DNA of 32,000 nucleotides from Cylindrospermopsis raciborskii Cr2010 (GTDB lineage: Bacteria > Cyanobacteriota > Cyanobacteriia > Cyanobacteriales > Nostocaceae), in the NCBI RefSeq assembly GCF_003367075.2, contig NZ_CP065936.1:240001-272000 (forward strand), in the 5' to 3' direction. Made by a program: the position numbers and the translations under genes. This document shows, piece after piece, positions 29,427 through 32,000 of this stretch. Each line of letters starts with the position of its first letter. The first letter of the stretch is position 1. The notes beneath the pieces were generated by a model. That model did not search any database, had not been told where the DNA came from, and saw only the letters and a list, made by a program, of their open reading frames with translations.

Positions 29427-30914
29427 ATGACCAAAAGATTTTTTTTGACTGGTATCACCCTATTATCACTGGTTTTATTGGGCTTATCCCTATTTGCTAG
29501 TTGGCAAAAACCCCAGTTTCAAAGTATTTTAGAACTATACCAAACCAATATTGTTCTGCAAGCCCAAACCTGGGAAGCGTACAATAGTAATGATAACCAA
29601 TTATCCGAGATTCTGCAAGCAATAGTGGGCGATGGTGCTATACAAAATGCAAATAACCAATATGAAGAAACACGAAACTCTGTACAAAAAAGTATAGATA
29701 AAGCTGAAACAGTTACAAATTCTGTTCAAGAGATCTCAAAAACTAGACTAGAAGAATTATTTAGGTTGCGGGACGAATTAGACCTACAACTGGGAATATT
29801 ACAAGCAAAACAGGGCAATATTAAAACTGCTATCAGCACTTGGAATCAAATCCAACCTAGCGAAAGAACAGAACTCACCAAAACCGCTCAAGTGCTTATT
29901 GGAATATGGAATACCCCCCCTCGATTACTCCCCAATGCTCAACCCCTAATCCAAAAAAATTTGGCAGGTTGGTTTCGCTATACTGCCTTAACCCAATTAT
30001 ATGAAGTTCAGCAACGTCTCAATGCTTTGACAGATCTTCAAGCTGCACAGGAAGTAGTCGCGAAGGAAGCAGTATTTAAACTAGCTATAATCACTGTGGT
30101 TCCTGGATCCATATCTTTGATTGGTATTGTACTACTGATATCCCTGATTATTCAGCGTCTCATCAAAGGTAGGGAATCCATCTTAGCTCAAAATGCCCAA
30201 AGGGTATGGTTAACCCCCTGGAATTTGGAAATAGTCCTTCAAGTGTTTATCGTGGGATTTTTCCTCATGGGACAAGTATTTGTACCCACAATACTCCAAC
30301 TACTACCTATTTCTCCCTATTCAGAAAACCTGCAAATTCAGGCTTTTTCTGTTTTGATTAGTTACATATTAGTATCCTTTGGTGCACTGTCAGTTTTATA
30401 TATTTCCATTAAGCGTTATTTACCCTTACCAGAAGAATGGTTTAAGTTCCGGTTGTTCGATAATTGGTTGTTGTGGGGAATAGGTGGGTACTGTGCAGCA
30501 GTTCCCATCGTGATCATAGTATCACTGATAAATCAAATTTTATGGAAGGGAGAAGGTGGAAGTAATCCTCTCTTACAAATGGCATTGGAAAACAGGGATG
30601 GTGTAGCTTTAGGAATATTTTTCCTCACCGCTGCGATCGCAGCACCTTTGTTTGAGGAATTTTTGTTTCGTGGGTTCTTATTGCCATCCCTTACTTCCCA
30701 TCTACCGGTTTCGTGGGCAATAGTAGTTAGTAGTTTTATATTTGCTATTGCTCACCTGAGTTTATCTGAAATGCTCCCACTGACCGCCTTGGGTATAGTT
30801 TTAGGTGTAGTGTATACCCGGTCTCGTAATCTTTTGGCCCCTATGCTTCTCCATGGACTATGGAATAGTGGTACTTTAGTCAGTTTATTTATTTTGGGTG
30901 GCAGCAATAGTTAG
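29427..30914 (+). CDS. CPBP-family (CAAX/Abi) intramembrane glutamic endopeptidase with a long N-terminal extension
   Basis: 495 aa. The C-terminal third carries the CPBP motifs APLFEEFLFRGFL, FAIAHL and LLHGLWN. About 215 N-terminal residues (one TM plus a soluble helical region) precede the polytopic part. Confidence 0.8.
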   Translation: MTKRFFLTGITLLSLVLLGLSLFASWQKPQFQSILELYQTNIVLQAQTWEAYNSNDNQLSEILQAIVGDGAIQNANNQYEETRNSVQKSIDKAETVTNSVQEISKTRLEELFRLRDELDLQLGILQAKQGNIKTAISTWNQIQPSERTELTKTAQVLIGIWNTPPRLLPNAQPLIQKNLAGWFRYTALTQLYEVQQRLNALTDLQAAQEVVAKEAVFKLAIITVVPGSISLIGIVLLISLIIQRLIKGRESILAQNAQRVWLTPWNLEIVLQVFIVGFFLMGQVFVPTILQLLPISPYSENLQIQAFSVLISYILVSFGALSVLYISIKRYLPLPEEWFKFRLFDNWLLWGIGGYCAAVPIVIIVSLINQILWKGEGGSNPLLQMALENRDGVALGIFFLTAAIAAPLFEEFLFRGFLLPSLTSHLPVSWAIVVSSFIFAIAHLSLSEMLPLTALGIVLGVVYTRSRNLLAPMLLHGLWNSGTLVSLFILGGSNS

Positions 30915-30977
30915 GGACCCATAGCAACACACCTCTATAAGCTTTGCTCCAGGGAGATCCACTACCTGGATCCCCTT

Positions 30978-31175
30978 TTAATAGGCCAAGGTTTCTAAGG
31001 TCTCTCTTAAATACTTTTGCACTTGCTGTTCTAATCGTAAACCTGTTAGCTTTGATTTGCTTTCTAGTTGCCAGCGTTGAAAACCAGAGGTAGTAGAGAT
31101 GGCATATTTTAGGTTTTGCCAAACTTGGTCGTCATAAGTAAGGTCTGGACTCTTAGGTGCCGAAATACGAATCAT
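30978..31175 (-). CDS. Small hypothetical protein (65 aa)
   Basis: ATG-initiated ORF MIRISAPKSPDLTYDDQVWQNLKYAISTTSGFQRWQLE...YLRETLETLAY, hydrophilic and non-repetitive. It is on the same strand as infB, 288 nt downstream. No family is recognised and the SD is weak. Confidence 0.4.
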   Translation of the reverse strand: MIRISAPKSPDLTYDDQVWQNLKYAISTTSGFQRWQLESKSKLTGLRLEQQVQKYLRETLETLAY

Positions 31176-31463
31176 AGTTTATCACTCTTCTTCTAAAACT
31201 TATATGTACTGTGTTTAGCTTTTTGTAGTCTACCTACGGTGAAGTAGGATTTAACGGGTATGGCATTACCAAAAGGTAATGGAGGCAAAAATTTTATTTA
31301 ATCTTTTCTCAATATAACCTTCTCCTTCCATTAAATTCTGTGTAACGGATCACTAAAACCCAGAATATATCGGATACTTAACATTAGAAATAATAAGCAG
31401 GTAAGTGCCGGGTTGTAAAAAGGTTGCACCATTTTGTAACCCAGCATCCCAGAACCACAACGC

Positions 31464-32000
31464 CTACTTAGTTAAGGTGAGGGTACGACGTTTAGTTACC
31501 ATTTGATAAGCTTCAATTATATCACCCTCGATCCAATCATGAAACTTTTCAATACCAATACCACATTCGTAGCCAGAGTTCACCTCCCGAACGTCTTCCT
31601 TCATGCGTTTCAGAGAATCCAATACTCCTTCATAGATGACCTTACTATGGCGACGAATTCTCACCTTACAATTACGCACCAGTTTTCCAGATTGAACATA
31701 ACAACCAGCAACTGCACCGCGTCCCACGGGGAAAACAGCACGCACTTCCGTTTGTCCGAGGGGTTCTTCAACTAGCTCCGGTTCTAGCAGACCTTCTAGG
31801 GCACCTTGGATATCTTCCAATAGTTTGTAGATGATATTGTATTCCCTCACATCCACACCTGCTTCGTCAGCTGCCTGTCTAGCACCACTAGCATAAGTAG
31901 TGTTAAAACCAATAATTACTGCATTACTAGCAGCAGCTAGGTCAATATCAGTTTCTGTGATTTCCCCTGCTGTAGCCAACAACAGACGAATTTGTACTTC
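31464..32000 (-). CDS. infB: Translation initiation factor IF-2, C-terminal part (5' end outside the window)
   Basis: The frame is open to the window edge. The C-terminal domain blocks [33 protein letters not shown] and [11 protein letters not shown]...GDIIEAY are characteristic of IF-2. Confidence 0.9.
   Translation of the reverse strand, partial: EVQIRLLLATAGEITETDIDLAAASNAVIIGFNTTYASGARQAADEAGVDVREYNIIYKLLEDIQGALEGLLEPELVEEPLGQTEVRAVFPVGRGAVAGCYVQSGKLVRNCKVRIRRHSKVIYEGVLDSLKRMKEDVREVNSGYECGIGIEKFHDWIEGDIIEAYQMVTKRRTLTLTK

Noticed and set aside
30889-31122. 77-aa minus-strand ORF overlapping both the CPBP 3' end and the 65-aa ORF
   Set aside because: It is out of frame with, and largely contained in, better candidates, and it is antisense to the CPBP stop region.
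31233-31248. CCTACGGTGAAGTAGG, reminiscent of the GGAAGUAGG core of glutamine (glnA-type) riboswitches
   Set aside because: Only a short partial resemblance from memory. The other conserved parts were not found, and no downstream gene on the + strand could be regulated.

Overview
This 32-kb window comes from an AT-rich cyanobacterial chromosome. The HIP1 octamer GCGATCGC occurs 11 times, and the gene content and protein blocks look Nostocales-like. Almost all of it is tightly packed, conserved housekeeping and photosynthesis-related coding sequence. In order: a GT2 glycosyltransferase fragment, argG, a DedA protein, a STAS protein, a coiled-coil protein, rpsF, a FAH-family hydrolase, a Tic20-like protein, glyA, cinA, tRNA-Lys(CUU), nagZ, crtP(pds)-crtB, pcrA, a CAAD/CurT-like protein, hom, petH, prk, a bciB-like reductase, a YnbB-like PLP enzyme, the desC-desA-desB desaturase cluster, modA, a Uma2 nuclease, a CPBP protease and the 3' end of infB. 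Functions were assigned from motifs and remembered family sequences only; no homology search was possible. Several track ORFs use GTG or TTG starts, and I shortened some to more plausible ATG starts. I saw no CRISPR array, transposase, integrase, reverse transcriptase or recognisable multi-gene defence or biosynthetic island. I therefore cannot honestly claim a novel system here. The least ordinary stretches are three. (i) 8663-10094 is an islet of unknowns around tRNA-Lys: an Arg-rich zinc-ribbon ORF with a TTG start, two interleaved perfect 8-bp inverted repeats, and a 78-aa ORF with a double-glycine-leader-like N-terminus. (ii) The desC-desA spacer carries a small hairpin/TIR element and short direct repeats. 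(iii) 27468-29426 holds a solitary modA, a Uma2 gene and 481 bp of non-coding DNA with start-less ORF fragments. Most intergenic regions downstream of genes carry 8-12 bp stem-loops that behave like terminators.
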